DNA of 64,000 bases from Planctomycetota bacterium (GTDB taxonomy: Bacteria > Planctomycetota > J058), in contig RFHU01000219.1 in the NCBI GenBank assembly GCA_003695705.1, positions 15,825 through 79,824 of the forward strand, in the 5' to 3' direction. The position numbers and the translations under genes are program-made. Below are positions 62,905 through 64,000 of this stretch, piece after piece; the first letter of the stretch is position 1, and the number at the start of each line of letters is the position of its first letter. The notes beneath the pieces were generated by a model. It did no database searches, was not told the origin of the DNA, and was given only the letters and a program-made list of their open reading frames with translations.

Positions 62905-64000
62905 TCAGCTGCGGCGGCCCTCGTCGCGGTGGCGCATCGCGTTGAGGAGCGCGCGGGAGATGTTCAGGTCGCACTCCCGCGCCTCCAGCACCTCGCCGGG
63001 TGTAAATTCGAAGTCGCCGCTGGGCTGGCCGACGAGCGCCTCCACCGCGGCGGGCCCGCGAACGCGCCCGGCTTCGGCCCGCACGATGCGCCCCTGGGCG
63101 ATCACCATCCTCCCCCGCACCTTCTGCGTCGCCACGTTGAGCACGCCGGTCTTCTGGTTGAACTCGAGCATCTGCATGAACTCGATCAGCTCGCTTTCGC
63201 GGAAGGAGCCCAGGAAGGAACTCGTGGGCCGGCGCCCCTTCACCCGCCAGGTCTGTAGCAAGTCCGACTCCTCCTCGCGGCACTTGAGGAGGAACTCCAC
63301 GTTCGTGGAGTCGGCCGCGATGCCGGTCATTTCGGTCACGAGTTGCTCGATGGCTGCTTGCACGTCGGCAAGGTTCTGGAAGCGGTCGTCGGGGTTGCGC
63401 TGCATCATGCGCACGATGAGCGACACCACGTTGAGGGGAACCCCCAAGAGCTTGTCCAAGGGCGGACCGTTGGCGATGTCCTCGAAGAGGCCGCTCTCGG
63501 TCGTCGCCAGGAAGGGCGGTCGCCCGGCGAGGCAATGGTAGAGGGTGGCGCCCAGCCCGTAGATGTCCGCTCGGTAGTCGGCCAGCTTGGCGGTCTTGAG
63601 CTGCTCTGGGGCCATGTAGCCCAAGGTGCCCAAGGTCTCGCCGTCGGAGGTGATCCCGCTGGTGACCTCGAACAAGTTCTTGGCCAGGCCGAAGTCGATG
63701 AGCTTCGCCGTCCCGTCCGGGCAGATCATGATGTTGCTCGGCTTCACGTCGCGGTGGACGATGCCCTTCTCGTGGGCGTGGGCGAGGGCTTTGCTGATCT
63801 GGTAGGTGACGCGCAAGGCGTCCTTGACCGCCAGCCGACTCCCCGAGCGCTCGACCATCTGCAGGAGCGTTTCGCCCTCGATGAGCTCCATGACGATGTA
63901 GATCAGTTCCTCGCACTGCCGCACGTCGTAGATGGCGACCACGTTGGGATGCCGCAGGCGCGCCTGGGCCTTCGCCTCTTGCGCGAAGCGAGAGATCTTC
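62905..64000 (-). CDS. Ser/Thr protein kinase with a C-terminal DUF4388-like domain; N-terminus lies beyond the window end
   Basis: The kinase is read from subdomain V onward (HRDVKPSNIM, DFGLAK, GTLGYMAPE). The C-terminal block LIEFMQMLEFNQKTGVL matches DUF4388. The ORF is open at coordinate 64000. Confidence 0.75.
   Translation of the reverse strand, partial: KISRFAQEAKAQARLRHPNVVAIYDVRQCEELIYIVMELIEGETLLQMVERSGSRLAVKDALRVTYQISKALAHAHEKGIVHRDVKPSNIMICPDGTAKLIDFGLAKNLFEVTSGITSDGETLGTLGYMAPEQLKTAKLADYRADIYGLGATLYHCLAGRPPFLATTESGLFEDIANGPPLDKLLGVPLNVVSLIVRMMQRNPDDRFQNLADVQAAIEQLVTEMTGIAADSTNVEFLLKCREEESDLLQTWRVKGRRPTSSFLGSFRESELIEFMQMLEFNQKTGVLNVATQKVRGRMVIAQGRIVRAEAGRVRGPAAVEALVGQPSGDFEFTPGEVLEARECDLNISRALLNAMRHRDEGRRS

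Noticed and set aside
1-64000. Searched for CRISPR arrays, transposases, integrases and phage genes
   Set aside because: No regularly spaced direct repeats and no recognisable mobile-element proteins are present. The only local repeats are the short palindromes already reported.

Overview
This is a 64-kb, roughly 70% GC window from a Gram-negative bacterial chromosome. Many Ser/Thr kinases, FHA proteins and a Frz-like che cluster (CheR-TPR, CheA-CheY hybrid, two CheW) suggest Myxococcota or a relative; this is inference only. I call about 51 protein genes by reading the six-frame track against recognisable family motifs. No rRNA, tRNA, CRISPR array, transposase or integrase is evident.

The high GC fills the opposite strands and alternate frames with long Arg/Pro-rich shadow ORFs, which I discount. 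Coordinates are hand-counted from the printed sequence and the ORF track. One printed line was off by a base when checked against the track, so individual positions may be out by ±1 nt.

The most interesting region is 1..11089, a single plus-strand operon in which stop and start codons of successive genes overlap (ATGA/GTGA) or lie within ~25 nt. Its members, in order:
- the 3' end of a uroporphyrinogen-III methyltransferase
- a precorrin-2 dehydrogenase (SirC/CysG-N-like)
- a divergent heme-copper-oxidase (HCO)-like membrane protein
- a CuA cupredoxin subunit II
- an HCO subunit I in which the cross-link tyrosine is replaced by Gln
- two small membrane subunits
- Sco
- a cytochrome b - 2x[4Fe-4S] - MvhD-like fusion
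- heme O synthase
- an NnrS-like protein
- DUF420
- an NsrR-like Rrf2 regulator

No cytochrome c is encoded in the operon. I interpret it as a candidate unconventional NO reductase or oxidase system of the eNOR/sNOR/gNOR type.

A second notable module sits on the minus strand at 18158..25443. It holds two paralogous membrane-anchored alpha/alpha-toroid (prenyltransferase / terpene-cyclase-like) repeat proteins with YYEDD acidic tails, a long coiled-coil protein, a divergent MreB-like actin-fold ATPase and an HExxH protease-like protein. The composition differs among its genes. Two GCAATTGC palindromes and a sigma70-like promoter lie in the module.

The rest is largely housekeeping: dnaE, groEL, murE, accA, glpD, waaF-like, deoxyhypusine-synthase-like, an SPFH protein, a SIS-PilZ protein and a two-component / Ser-Thr-kinase region.
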